IMG/VR virus record: IMGVR_UViG_3300027908_000023
Span: 6,369-70,368 of that record
Origin: a virus
DNA length: 64,000 nucleotides
Direction: 5' to 3' (one strand)
How positions within the stretch are numbered: position 1 is the first letter of the stretch; each line of letters opens with the position of its first letter. The notes beneath the pieces were generated by a model. That model did not search any database, was not told the origin of the DNA, and saw nothing but the letters and a program-made list of their open reading frames with translations. The position numbers were made by a program, and so were the translations under genes. Shown in pieces: positions 18,398 to 28,733 of this stretch.

Positions 18398-19278
18398 TGC
18401 GATTCCTCTTGCGGGGTTGTGGTTGTGTCTCTGTATGGTTATTCGCCGGCCGGACCGGCGGATTTAACCGCCGGGCGAAGAATTTCCTCCATCAATGCAT
18501 TTCATATAACTGCCGGCCAGCATCCCAGGTCCAGCAGCCGTCGCGGGTCCAGAGCGGTTGGAACCATTCCCATTCGCTCACCAGCCCGAGCGGATTGGAC
18601 TCGCAGGGTTCCGGCCAGGCGAAGCCACGCTTGAGATTCCAGTTCATCTGGGCGTCTGTCATGGTTCGGGTGCTGGTTGCCGGCATGGTTTCTCTCCCGT
18701 GTGGTTGTGTCTGTCTCATCTATAGTATACTTCGTTGGCTGTCTACCGACATTTGAACCGCCGCTCACTTTTTCTCGAAAAGATTCCGCCCTCCGGCCTC
18801 TTGACCGGCCGCAAGAAACAACTCGCACAGTTCCATCCTGACCGCCTGCGCGGCCATCACGGATAGCTTGCCACGGTCCGGCGGGTTGCTACCGCTGTCG
18901 TCTCCACCGACCGCAAGCCAGGCCGCGTAACGGACCGCGTAGGCTTGCTTCTTGGCATTGCGGATGCGGGCGATGTAGCCTGTGATGGTGGTCATGAGTC
19001 TTTTCTCCCGTGTTCTATCTCCAGCGTGATGAACGCCCAGCACACGACCAGCATGCCGGCCTCGTCCAGCCAACCGCATGACCAGCGCTTCGCCGGAGCG
19101 AGCGTAACGCTCAGGCGCGGTGTTACCAGCGAGAGCGTGAGGAGCGGGCCATACCAGCGAATCGCGTTTGCCAGGGTGGTCAGCATGGGTGGTTCTCCGG
19201 GGCGGTTGTGTTCTCTACTAGGTTATTCGCTGCCGGCGCGGCCTTATTTGAACCGCGCCGGGATTTTCCTCCCGTTTC

Positions 19279-19476
19279 TCAATACTGATCCTTCAGCATG
19301 TCGGCCGCACTCTCCCTTGTGTTCACAGCATAAAGTTTCGCGCCGTATGGCGTGGTTGCTTGCCAGCGCGGCCCAGCATGCTTCGGGTCGCATGCGGCCA
19401 GATCAGTTACCAGCCCGATGAATCTACCGTACACCGATACGCTGTACACGCCCGCACTGCGATAGTTGATACTCAT
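19279..19476 (-). CDS. hypothetical phage protein
   Basis: Follows promoter 19515. Confidence 0.65.
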   Translation of the reverse strand: MSINYRSAGVYSVSVYGRFIGLVTDLAACDPKHAGPRWQATTPYGAKLYAVNTRESAADMLKDQY

Positions 19477-19614
19477 GCCTGTCTCCCGTGATGGTTGTGG
19501 TTACTTCTACTAGGTAATTCGCTGGCCGAAAGCCGGGATTTGATTCGCTGGCAAGGAATTCGGGAGATTCCATGCGCGCCGGTTTGACCGATTGGGGAGA
19601 GATGGGGTAGAAAG

Positions 19615-20220
19615 CAGATCAGCTAGAGCCGATTGGCCCTAGCTGAAATGTCCCGAGCTGGTCACAACTCCACCCGGGAAGTCTGTACGGTGTTGCCGGC
19701 CGAACAGCGAAGGCCACTTTAGCAAGCCACTTCGCAGCCGTCAACCCCAATCCAGACAAACAACCTAGTCAACCAAATCAGCGATGCGGCAACCGCTGAC
19801 CAAAGAACAGCCGCTAGATACTGACAGCCAGGCGATCTAATCCACCGACTGGCCGTAGGTATCGGGGAGCAACGGAAGTATAGAGCGGAGAACAAGTACC
19901 CTCCGAGCCGACATGAGTTTCTGTCAGGGGTCGTAAAACCGGACACTCGCGGGGAATGCCGATCGAAGCGTATGGCCCATGCACAGCAGCCAAGCCATAA
20001 CCCTTCCAGCAACGTGAGGCAGACCAGCGCAGTTCTGACCGGATCTAGCCCGGTCAGATCACGAAGGGCGACCGTGAAGGAAACGATTGAAAGCTGCGAC
20101 GCAATCCCGGTGCAACCGCCAGCAGGACGGGCGATGATCTGACCGGTTGATCCATGCGTGCGAGGTTTCAGTACCCAACCTGTACAATTGCACCCTCAAA
20201 GGAGGTAATACCTCCGGGGA
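19615..20220 (+). ncRNA. candidate structured non-coding RNA or origin region
   Basis: About 600 nt with no convincing ORF; TTGACC-N18-TAGAAA upstream; several hairpins (19620-19645, 20035-20057, 20201-20215). Confidence 0.35.
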
Positions 20221-20227
20221 ATAGATG

Positions 20228-20269
20228 GCCTACGCCTACGCCTACGCCTACGCCTACGCCTACGCCTAC
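20228..20269 (+). repeat. (GCCTAC)7 tandem repeat
   Basis: Seven perfect 6-mers directly after the ATG at 20225. Confidence 0.95.
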
Positions 20270-20325
20270 GCTATTAGGTCCAATGGGTCGATGCCCCTTG
20301 TGTTGGCCTCCCTAGAGGAAGAAGC

Positions 20326-20778
20326 ATGCACGCCGTGAACTGGTGCCAGGCCAACGGATGCCGGAACAACGCCAAAGCGGGACAGACCTATTGCCGACTC
20401 TGTGCCAGGAAGCACCGGCCAGCCGGTAAGGTGCCGGCTCCCATGCCAGCAAAGAAGCAATCACCAAAGAAAGCACCAGCAAAGCCACGCCCGTCAAGCA
20501 AGCGGAATCGTCTTGTATCGTCCAAAGGCGCCCATCCCTACCTCACGTCCGGCATCTGGGCCTACACTCCGTTGCCACTGATACCCGGCGAATATCTCGA
20601 CTCGCTCGTCAAAGGCCGTCTCGTCAACGATCAGGCATGCGAACGCCTCACGGCCGAAATCAACCGTCGCCGGAAACTCGTCAAGGACATCATGCCTCGG
20701 ACCGATCCGCGCTCCCTTGACCTACTCCGTCTGATTCAAACAAGCATGCCGGAACATCATGAACTAGCCTTGACATGA
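20326..20778 (+). CDS. hypothetical protein with an N-terminal zinc-finger-like motif and a Lys/Pro-rich linker
   Basis: CQANGC..YCRLCARKH; GAGG SD; one of the few plus-strand genes. Confidence 0.55.
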   Translation: MHAVNWCQANGCRNNAKAGQTYCRLCARKHRPAGKVPAPMPAKKQSPKKAPAKPRPSSKRNRLVSSKGAHPYLTSGIWAYTPLPLIPGEYLDSLVKGRLVNDQACERLTAEINRRRKLVKDIMPRTDPRSLDLLRLIQTSMPEHHELALT

Positions 20779-21006
20779 GAAAATTCCAAGCGCCCGCAAA
20801 TTCCTACATGCTTTCCATTTTTCCCACTTCCGAGAATCCATTCTCAATTCTGAGAATTATTCTTCTCCGCGTAGGCTTCCACGAGCGAAACGAGCCGATC
20901 CCGCGCCGCATCAAATCGCGCAAGCAACCTAACGGCAACATCTTCCGGCACGCAGGCGGTTGCATCCTGGCGGACCTCTGCATAATCAATCGCGACCTAT
21001 AGAATC

Positions 21007-21375
21007 TCATCCACGTTCCTTCTCCTTCAGATCCAGTTCTGCCTTGCACCACATAGCGCGAAGCGTCTCGATCACGCTCATAAAAGATTCATAGAGCAAT
21101 GTCCACTGGAGATACCCTTCAGAAAGAACTAGCCAGCAGGGAACGCCAGATGCGATCCAGCGATGCACGAACGAAGATTCAGCGACAAATCGCGCGTAGC
21201 GGCAATACGGAATCGTCAGGGTGCCTTCGGCCGTGCCATCGTGTGAGCGATAGCTGATACGAAGATGAAGTCCGGCCGGATCGTGACGAGTATCGACGAC
21301 CATTTCCAGGGACGTGATAACGCCAGGCCGTGCCTCGCCGCCGTTGGCCGTCCAATAATCGAGGGATTCTTTCAC
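21007..21375 (-). CDS. hypothetical protein
   Basis: GTGA/ATGA overlap chain. Confidence 0.5.
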   Translation of the reverse strand: MKESLDYWTANGGEARPGVITSLEMVVDTRHDPAGLHLRISYRSHDGTAEGTLTIPYCRYARFVAESSFVHRWIASGVPCWLVLSEGYLQWTLLYESFMSVIETLRAMWCKAELDLKEKERG

Positions 21376-21680
21376 GTGCCGGACTCCATCCGATCCAGTT
21401 CACGCGAAATAGCGTCCAGCACGGCAGACCAGCATGCCGGAACCAGACGCCATTCCGAAGGATGCCGAACGATCCAGCACGGGATATTGACCAAAAAAGG
21501 ATGCTTCATCCGGCGAACGATCGACTGGCAACAAATGGCAATGTTGAACCTGCTTCCATCCGGCGCGTGTGCGATGGTGCAAACGATCCAACCATCGGTG
21601 ATCGACAGACCGACGGCAGTGATGCGTGCCTGTTCGACGCGGTGTCCTGAACTGATCAGGGTATCGAGCACGTCTTTCAC
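21372..21680 (-). CDS. hypothetical protein
   Basis: Overlap chain. Confidence 0.5.
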   Translation of the reverse strand: MKDVLDTLISSGHRVEQARITAVGLSITDGWIVCTIAHAPDGSRFNIAICCQSIVRRMKHPFLVNIPCWIVRHPSEWRLVPACWSAVLDAISRELDRMESGT

Positions 21681-21910
21681 GGCTTGGCCTCCCCACGGAT
21701 GGCATCGCGCGTGCCCTGGCGGATGGCCTCAAAAACTTCAGCGCGGCGGAATTCTTGCCGGCTTCCGAGTGCGTCCGCGATCGCGTCACGGATACCGTGG
21801 CGGATGGCTTCGAGCAGGTCGGCGGATGAGACAGCGGGGAGCGATTGGATGACGCCCTCGCGTATGGCGTCCAGCAGTTCGGTTGCCGTGATTCGTGGTA
21901 GGTCGGGCAT
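21677..21910 (-). CDS. small helical repeat protein
   Basis: Three (E/D)(L/V)(L/F)(D/E)AIR.G units. Confidence 0.65.
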   Translation of the reverse strand: MPDLPRITATELLDAIREGVIQSLPAVSSADLLEAIRHGIRDAIADALGSRQEFRRAEVFEAIRQGTRDAIRGEAKP

Positions 21911-22395
21911 CGTCGGGGTACTCCAGAGGCGAATGGGTGGGTGGAATTAGCCAAAAATGTTCCGTTGCAGGCCCGGGAGCGGGTGATTCACCCACGAGTG
22001 TTCGCCAGCATGGCCGGCACGGCTCGCTGCCGGGAATCGATCCGTCCTGGCATTCTTCCCACGAATGCGGGCAACGATGACCATTGCCACGAAACCCGCT
22101 CGGACCGCGAGCATCGCACCATTCAAAGACGCTCTGGTTAATCGCCATCTCTGCAATCCTCCAGTGGCGACGGCCTTGCGAAGCCGTGAGTTAACGGGTC
22201 CGCGTAGAAAACCTGGCCTCGTTCGGCCATCCGGTGCTCTCCCGCCGGATCGCCCGGGTGATAGTCAGAAATCCAAAATTTTGTGAAGCAACACCGGCCC
22301 AGATTATCAGTGCCGCTATGGTATTCGATCCGCATAGCTCGCCTAGCTCGCATCTGCTCAGATCCTCCAGAGGGGCGACAGTGGGCGAATGGTGG

Positions 22396-22740
22396 TTAGC
22401 GGGGGAATCCTAGCGCCGATGCTAGCTCCTTGGCCGCATCTACAGCACTCACGAAGACGCAGCCACCGTGCGTATAGCGATAGTCGTCCTCTGGCAGTCT
22501 GGAATCAGCCGTATGGCCGTCACCCGCCCCTACGGGGATCAGATGCACCCCCGAATGCCCGCGAGGGTCGTAATCGTCCTCGCCACATGTTGGAAGCTCA
22601 ATCACGTACTTCGCGCGGTGAGTTCCGCCGCAGCAGTAATCGCCGGATTGGCCGCCGCAGGCAATCACCACGGTCAGGCCATCACAGCGGCTGCCCATTT
22701 TGGCCAGCCGCTCAAGCTGGCTCGTCGAGAAACCTGTCAT
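22396..22740 (-). CDS. hypothetical phage protein
   Basis: Follows promoter 22804; GGAG SD. Confidence 0.65.
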   Translation of the reverse strand: MTGFSTSQLERLAKMGSRCDGLTVVIACGGQSGDYCCGGTHRAKYVIELPTCGEDDYDPRGHSGVHLIPVGAGDGHTADSRLPEDDYRYTHGGCVFVSAVDAAKELASALGFPR

Positions 22741-22944
22741 CGTCTCGATCTCCTCTTTGTGTCGCCGGCACGCGGCCGGGACTGGTCTTGGATCTCTGTA
22801 ATGTTATTCGCCGGACCGGAGGCGGGATTTAATCCACCTCCGGATTTTCTTCTCGTCATGCCGCCATCGCATCCGCCAGGAGGCGTTCCGCCGTCGCGTT
22901 GCGGCTGGCACCTCCTCCCATCATGGCCCAGCAATCGGGGCCGA

Positions 22945-23730
22945 CTATTTCCGCATCTTGCCTTGAAGGTATCGGATAGCCATTCGCAAGAGAGCGGGAT
23001 TATCGCGAAAATGGCCAATAGCCTGATTGCATGGTGTGCAAAGAATGCCGCGAAGCTCGCCGGTCTGATGGTCATGATCGACGGCAAGAGCCCGCTTGCC
23101 AGGCGGCGCGCCGCAAATCTGACATTTATGCCGGCCGTTCCTCTCGATAAAGCGCTCAACTTCATCCGGGTCGATACCCTTGGCTTTCCAGCCTGACCGC
23201 AATGCCCAACGCTTGGCGCGATCAGGATTCCGCTTGTTGTATTCCTTCTTCTTCCTTGATCGCTCCTTCACGCGCTCAATCGGCGATGTCTCGCGATCCA
23301 GTTTTGCAGCCGCACAATCGCACTCTTTGCAGCGAGACCGTCTCTTTGACTTTCCGTGCGAACCAGGACGCCAACCATAGGCGTCAATCGGATAAAGAGT
23401 ATTGCATCCGCGACAAATCTTCTCGCTCGGTTCAATGTCGCGACAGGCTCGACACTGAACCGAGCGCTGATCCTTCAAACCGCCGCACCCACAAAGGCTT
23501 TTCGTCTTAAGACTGCTGGAGCAGGCGCGGCAAAACTGCTTCATCACGAATTTGTAGTTGCCGCAATCGCAACGATTCTTCTCCGTCGCGCATGCCCGGC
23601 ACATCAGCGATTTCCGCCACTTCTCCCGTCCACATTTCGGGCACGGATTGGCGGCGGGTTCTCGGCCAAGAGGAGGAAAAACCGGATGCGGCGGGAACAA
23701 TAGTTTTTGGGTAGGAATCTCATCGCTCAT
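22945..23730 (-). CDS. recombination endonuclease VII-family (HNH-like) nuclease with N-terminal Cys repeats
   Basis: CQICG..LAVDHDH.TG.LRGILC..CN.AIG.F.DN; three C.CG..K......CRAC repeats. Confidence 0.85.
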   Translation of the reverse strand: MSDEIPTQKLLFPPHPVFPPLGREPAANPCPKCGREKWRKSLMCRACATEKNRCDCGNYKFVMKQFCRACSSSLKTKSLCGCGGLKDQRSVQCRACRDIEPSEKICRGCNTLYPIDAYGWRPGSHGKSKRRSRCKECDCAAAKLDRETSPIERVKERSRKKKEYNKRNPDRAKRWALRSGWKAKGIDPDEVERFIERNGRHKCQICGAPPGKRALAVDHDHQTGELRGILCTPCNQAIGHFRDNPALLRMAIRYLQGKMRK

Positions 23731-23772
23731 GATACACTCCGAAAAATGCCAGACGGTGAATCTCTTCATCGT

Positions 23773-23801
23773 ATGGTATCACGCAGAGTGTTAGCATGCA
23801 A
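23773..23801 (-). promoter_or_regulatory. sigma70-type promoter
   Basis: TTGCAT-N17-TACCAT upstream of the endonuclease. Confidence 0.5.
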
Positions 23802-23816
23802 GCATGGTAGGCCGCA

Positions 23817-24041
23817 TCATTTCGAGTCATCTGCAAGCAAAGAATCGACGCTGGCCGACATGATCGAGCACAGGCGATGCACAATCGCCAATGGTGGCGA
23901 TCGCGTGCCCTGCTCGTATGCCCGCAATGACCGGAGGGAGATCATTGCCAGACTTGCAAGCCCGGATTGCGTCAGGTCGCGGCTTTCCCGCAATCGCTTG
24001 AGAGCCGATCCGAACGCTTGTTGCGTCATGATGAGATTCAC
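23817..24041 (-). CDS. XRE-family HTH regulator
   Basis: LKRLRESRDLTQSGLA..SLRAYEQG.RSP. Confidence 0.85.
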   Translation of the reverse strand: MNLIMTQQAFGSALKRLRESRDLTQSGLASLAMISLRSLRAYEQGTRSPPLAIVHRLCSIMSASVDSLLADDSK

Positions 24042-24059
24042 AGTCTGGGCGACTTGATA

Positions 24060-24088
24060 ATCATAGGCTTGCCGTCATTATGCCGCAA
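24060..24088 (-). promoter_or_regulatory. sigma70-type promoter
   Basis: TTGCGG-N17-TATGAT upstream of the XRE gene. Confidence 0.55.
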
Positions 24089-24545
24089 GGCCCATTGACT
24101 GCAAGCAATCTTCGCCGAATCCGCTCTCGATCGAGCTAGGCACCGTGAGCGTTCTGCCGCATTTTCCGCATCGTCCCTCATGGTGGACCTTCCAGCCAGC
24201 TGCCTCGATCTTGTGGCCTTCTCCGGCCATCAGGCAGGCCAGGATACGCTTGAGGATTACAATGGGCTGGCTCTCGTCGTGTGGGCTCTTGCGCGTCAGG
24301 ACAAGCTGGCCCGTCTTGGCATCCAGAAGGCCGACGTAGGCGTAATCCTTCGTGTTCTGGGGGCCGACCAACAGCGAGACGAACCAGTTCTCGCGATAGC
24401 CGTTCTGGGCCGGTTTGTGCTGGATTCTGAACGTGTAGTGAGGTTTCACCTCCACGTCACGCCGGAGATTGGCCTCAATGTAGTTTGAGGCGGGTTCCAC
24501 GGTGAAGATCGCGTTGCCGGCGGTCAGGAATTCGCGTCCGATCAT
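24078..24545 (-). CDS. DUF6011-like protein
   Basis: C-terminal CGKCGRTLTVPSSIESGFGEDC. Confidence 0.7.
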   Translation of the reverse strand: MIGREFLTAGNAIFTVEPASNYIEANLRRDVEVKPHYTFRIQHKPAQNGYRENWFVSLLVGPQNTKDYAYVGLLDAKTGQLVLTRKSPHDESQPIVILKRILACLMAGEGHKIEAAGWKVHHEGRCGKCGRTLTVPSSIESGFGEDCLQSMGLAA

Positions 24546-25580
24546 GGTGATTGCCCTCTTGTGGTTGTGATTGGCCTTACACAAGAGTATTCGCCGGAGC
24601 GGTCCCGGCATTTAATCGGAACCATTGTTTTTTCCATCAATCGCGCAGGAACTTTTCCGCTGCCCGCCTGGCACCGCTGTAGGTTCGGTACGCCGCGCTG
24701 CACGTCCGGCATCCTCGGAACCACATTGCCGGGCTGTCCTGGTCGCTCGGATCGCTCGGGCTCATATAGCCGACCCAGACGTGAAAGCAACCATCGTAAT
24801 GGCTGATGATCGCCTTGCGGCAATTGCAGGTCAGTTCGACCGATCCAGAGCCGAGAACCGATGTTGCGATCTTCGCCGTGTTCGCCTTGCGAGCGACGGC
24901 CAGCAATTCCAGGTCATCCATCGTCATTCCCTCCCATGCCTGGCGCGGCCAATTGTTGATTGATGCTCAGGATTGCCAGCAGACAATTCCGACCCGGGCC
25001 AATGATTCCCAGCAAGGCTTTATCCGGCGCCGATTCCAGCAGAGCCGTTAACCGGCCGATGGCCGATAGCGGAATCGTTGACATGCTGGCAAACATGGTG
25101 GTGATTTCGTCCAGCTTGCTCAAGATGGCTGCGTTCATGTGGTGGTCCTCGGTCTGGGGATGGGGGCGATTCGTGGTTGTTACGCGCTCGCCGGCCAGCG
25201 CGGCCTGCCAGGCATCCTCGCTACTGTCCGTGTTGCCCTGTGCGCCCATCTGGATCGCCAGGGCTTCCAGGTAGCCCATACTCCAGCCGGTTGCGTAGAC
25301 GGAATCGAAGTGTTGCGCCGACACGTCTTCCGGACAGGTTAGCGTCATGGTGCCGTGAGCGAAGCCGAAGTTGTACTCCGCGTTGTCACAGCCCTCGCGG
25401 GCCGTCTTGGCCGCATCGTGGTAGCCCCAATTGAAACGGACGCGCGGCTCAGTCTTGTGGATCGTTTCCTTCATGGTCTTCATCGGCTGGATTCCTTGGA
25501 GGTTGTTTGCTCGTCTCATCACAATAGGTAATTCGCCATCCATCCGGCACCATTTAAGCGCCGGATGGATTTTGTTGAGA

Positions 25581-26114
25581 TTAGACCAGAGCCAGCGTCG
25601 TCTCATCGGCACGAATGCCAGCATCAATCCGCGCGATCAGTTCCGGAGTCGCTGGGTTGCGAAGCGCGTAGGAATGTTACTGGTCGCGACTGTATCCCAG
25701 ATCGCGAGCAACCCCGAAGCGCTTGCCGGTCGCCAGATAGCTGATCCATTCGGAGCGCTCTTCCCGTTTCGTCAGGAAGGCCGGGCAGTCCTCTGGCGTG
25801 TCGGTCGTCCAATCCATGCCGTTTTGTGCCATGTGATGCCGCGCCGCCCGCAAGGCGTCCTCTTCCGCGTCATAGGCGCCATTGCCCCATACCTTGCCTT
25901 CCGTGACACCGTGTTCCGGACTCACGATACCGCGATAGTGCCAGCCGGACGGCTCCCGGTAGATCAGCATCGACCAGCCGCGCCAGCTGATGATGGTCGG
26001 CGTGTAGTGGCCTTTCAGCGCTGATTCGATCTTGCTGCCGGCATCGCGCTTGGCCTCCGTGACGGTCCGGCCTTCGCCCGACATGCCAAAATACTCGATT
26101 GTGACTTTTGACAT
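25581..26114 (-). pseudogene. early gene with a probable premature TAA at 25677-25679
   Basis: MSKVTIEYFG...YSRDQ*HSYALRNPATPELIARIDAGIRADETTLALV; protein-like in-frame tail of 31 codons. Confidence 0.45.
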
Positions 26115-26572
26115 TGGTGAATCTCCTGTCAGCGGGGTTTGTTGATTGCTCTCTGACAGGTTGTTCGCCGGTTGTCGGCGGACATTTAATCGGTCTGTTG
26201 TTTTCTCTCGAAATCGCTCACGCGCCGGATCACCCAGCCACGGACACAATCCCGCCGCGCGGCCCGCTGGGTCGCGTAGCGCTTGGCCTCCGCGATGTCA
26301 TGGGTGAATCCACCAGAGCGGATTAACAGGCCAAGGCATTCCAGGACGTACATGGGTGGGGTTCCTCATGATGGTTTTTTCGGGAATAGCTTGGCCAACT
26401 TTCGATCCAGTCCACCCAGCGTATCGGCCTTCGCCAGATCGACGACAGGCTCGCCGGTTCCGTTGCCACCCAGAAAGGCGTGGTACTTGCGGTCATGCCG
26501 GCCATAGCCGGTGCGGATGATGTTGACGTTATGCTTCTTCTGGAGTTGCTCTCTGGTCATCATCGTGGTTCC

Positions 26573-26806
26573 TCAATGGGACTTGCCGTCGTCCACAATA
26601 TCGTATTCGTCTTCCGCTTCCTCTTCCGCCCGGCATTCATCGCAGCCATGCCGAGCATGTTCCGGATGGTCTGGACAGATTTCCTCGATGGTCAGGCCGT
26701 CCTCTGGATCATAGTGCGTGTCGATTGCCATGCGGGCAAGCTCCCGGTCGTAGAAGCCGCCCTCGACAAGTCCCTCATCGTTGAATAGGCCGTATTCGAT
26801 GCTCAT
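26573..26806 (-). CDS. acidic hypothetical protein
   Basis: GGAGG SD; D/E-rich; CxxC. Confidence 0.6.
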   Translation of the reverse strand: MSIEYGLFNDEGLVEGGFYDRELARMAIDTHYDPEDGLTIEEICPDHPEHARHGCDECRAEEEAEDEYDIVDDGKSH

Positions 26807-27099
26807 GGTTGCTGCCTCCCCGGTTCGGCTCGCTGGTCGCGCCGGCTGGCCTCGTCGCGCTGCTGTTGATTGATGCTCTGGTCGATGGCGGCATACCAGG
26901 CGTCTTGAGCTACCCGGCGATGCCGGGCGATGCGTTCATGGCCTTCGCGGAACAACTCACCATCTGGCCGGCAGGTCTTGGCACGGTAGGCTTCCCACCA
27001 TTCATTGAACGTCATTGCTTGGCCTCCATCACTGGTTCCTTGATCCGTCTCTACCATGTTGTTCGCTGGCCGATCAATGGCATTTAACCCGCGCCAGGA

Positions 27100-27429
27100 T
27101 CATCCCTTGGATTCTCTCCAGTTGAGCCATTGCTCCATCCAGTCCGCCATCAGCCTGACCTCGTTGCGGACAATCTCCGCTGGCGCGCCCAGCGCCATTA
27201 ACCTCACCATGCGCACCAGCCCATCGCCGATCTTCTGTACCAGATCATCAGCGCGGATGCCAGCAACCGATTCCTCGACCGGTTCACCGAAGTATTCTTC
27301 GTCCATCTGGCCCAGAGTCAGCAGCGATAGCGCTTCCTCTGGGTTCTCTGCTTCGACGTGATTGGTTCCGTCAGAGGCAACCCAGACGTTGCCCTGACGG
27401 GTCACCGTGTAGTGATCGGGTTCGCTCAT
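27100..27429 (-). CDS. hypothetical phage protein
   Basis: GGAGG SD. Confidence 0.65.
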   Translation of the reverse strand: MSEPDHYTVTRQGNVWVASDGTNHVEAENPEEALSLLTLGQMDEEYFGEPVEESVAGIRADDLVQKIGDGLVRMVRLMALGAPAEIVRNEVRLMADWMEQWLNWRESKG

Positions 27430-27431
27430 GG

Positions 27432-27959
27432 TTAGTCATCCTCCACGCTGGCCGGTTCGCACGAGCATTCCTCCGACTGGCACTCCGCACACCAGTTATC
27501 GGGCTGGTGGTACTCCACGGTGTCATGCTCGCCGGGGTTGCGCTGGCTCCCCGTGGTGTGCTCAGTCCGGTGAAGGCCGCACAGACGACAGTGAGAGCAA
27601 AACGTCATGGAGGTTCCGCCGGTTGACCAGACGCCCGGGTTCTGGTCGCAACCGCCCTCGCCCTCGCTGGTCCAGTCGTGGTCGCACTCCGTATCACCGC
27701 CGGCCGCACTGATGAGCGCGTCGTGGTCGGGTTCGATCTCGACCGTGACGCTTCCCCGGTCCAGTTCGTCGCCGTCCTCATCGGAGATGATGTACCATGC
27801 GTCGATGCGGGCACCATCGTCGCCCCAGGAGCCGCCGGCAACCCATTCAGCAGTCTCGTCGCTGGCTTCTTGCCGGCACTCCTGGAGGCTATCCGCCTCA
27901 ATCGTGATCGTCTCGCCGCCCTGGCACTCGTCTCTCATCTCGACCGTGTAGCTTGGCAT
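27432..27959 (-). CDS. highly acidic Cys-containing protein
   Basis: About 43 D/E in 175 aa and no Lys; follows promoter 28006. Confidence 0.7.
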   Translation of the reverse strand: MPSYTVEMRDECQGGETITIEADSLQECRQEASDETAEWVAGGSWGDDGARIDAWYIISDEDGDELDRGSVTVEIEPDHDALISAAGGDTECDHDWTSEGEGGCDQNPGVWSTGGTSMTFCSHCRLCGLHRTEHTTGSQRNPGEHDTVEYHQPDNWCAECQSEECSCEPASVEDD

Positions 27960-28238
27960 CGTGGAATCTCCATCGTCGGGGTTAGTGGTTGGCCTGTCTG
28001 TAGAGTAGTTCGTCGGTTGTCGCCGGACATTTTACCGGCCAGCAGATTTTTTCCTAGCCCGCCAGCGCGGCCCGGTATCTCGCGATCCTGTAAGCAAGCC
28101 TCTCGGCCAGTTGCTCGCGCCAGAGATGCCAGGCAGAGCGCTCCGGATGGTCCAGGTATCCGGCCAACAGGGCTTCTGCTTCATCGGCATGGCCTCTGGT
28201 GAGGCGTTCGTCGGCACTGGCAAGGAGTAGGTCAAGGC

Positions 28239-28733
28239 TCATGATCGGGGTTCCTGAGCGATCCTGGACGATTCCGACAGCGGATGAACCGTTTCCGGCT
28301 CGCCGTCCGGTCCCTCGCGCAGATGCTCCGTCTGACAGACCGGGCAGACCGGGTTGCTGATCTCCTGCCCGCGATCCCAGAAGGACGGTATCCAGTCGGC
28401 CTCAATGGCGGCTTCCACGCCGGGCATCGTGGCATCGCAGAAGCAACACTCAATCAGGCCGTCCGGGATCGGTTGCGATGCGGCCGGTTCTGGCGCGAAA
28501 TCTTCTGGTTCGTGATAGAGCCTCTTGACCATCGCTTCCGCCTCTTCCCGGCCGACTAGCGCGACCAGATTACTCCACGCCTGACGGCGCAGCTCAATCT
28601 GCGACAACGCAATCTCTCGTCCGCCCTGAAGATCGCGGATCAAACTCGCCAGCGTCAGCGGACTCGCGCTGGCAAAGAAGGTTGCGAGGTTCGACATGGT
28701 CGGGATTCCTTTTGGCGAAGGTGTGGTTATCAT
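28239..28733 (-). CDS. hypothetical protein with a C-terminal zinc ribbon
   Basis: CCFC..CPVC; likely start at MSNLAT. Confidence 0.6.
   Translation of the reverse strand: MITTPSPKGIPTMSNLATFFASASPLTLASLIRDLQGGREIALSQIELRRQAWSNLVALVGREEAEAMVKRLYHEPEDFAPEPAASQPIPDGLIECCFCDATMPGVEAAIEADWIPSFWDRGQEISNPVCPVCQTEHLREGPDGEPETVHPLSESSRIAQEPRS

Noticed and set aside
19719-20012. 97-aa minus-strand ORF in the intergenic region
   Set aside because: Non-ATG start, no SD, atypical composition; treated as spurious.
20228-20269. CRISPR array
   Set aside because: A simple 6-mer tandem repeat with no spacers; no repeat-spacer array or cas gene was seen anywhere in the window.
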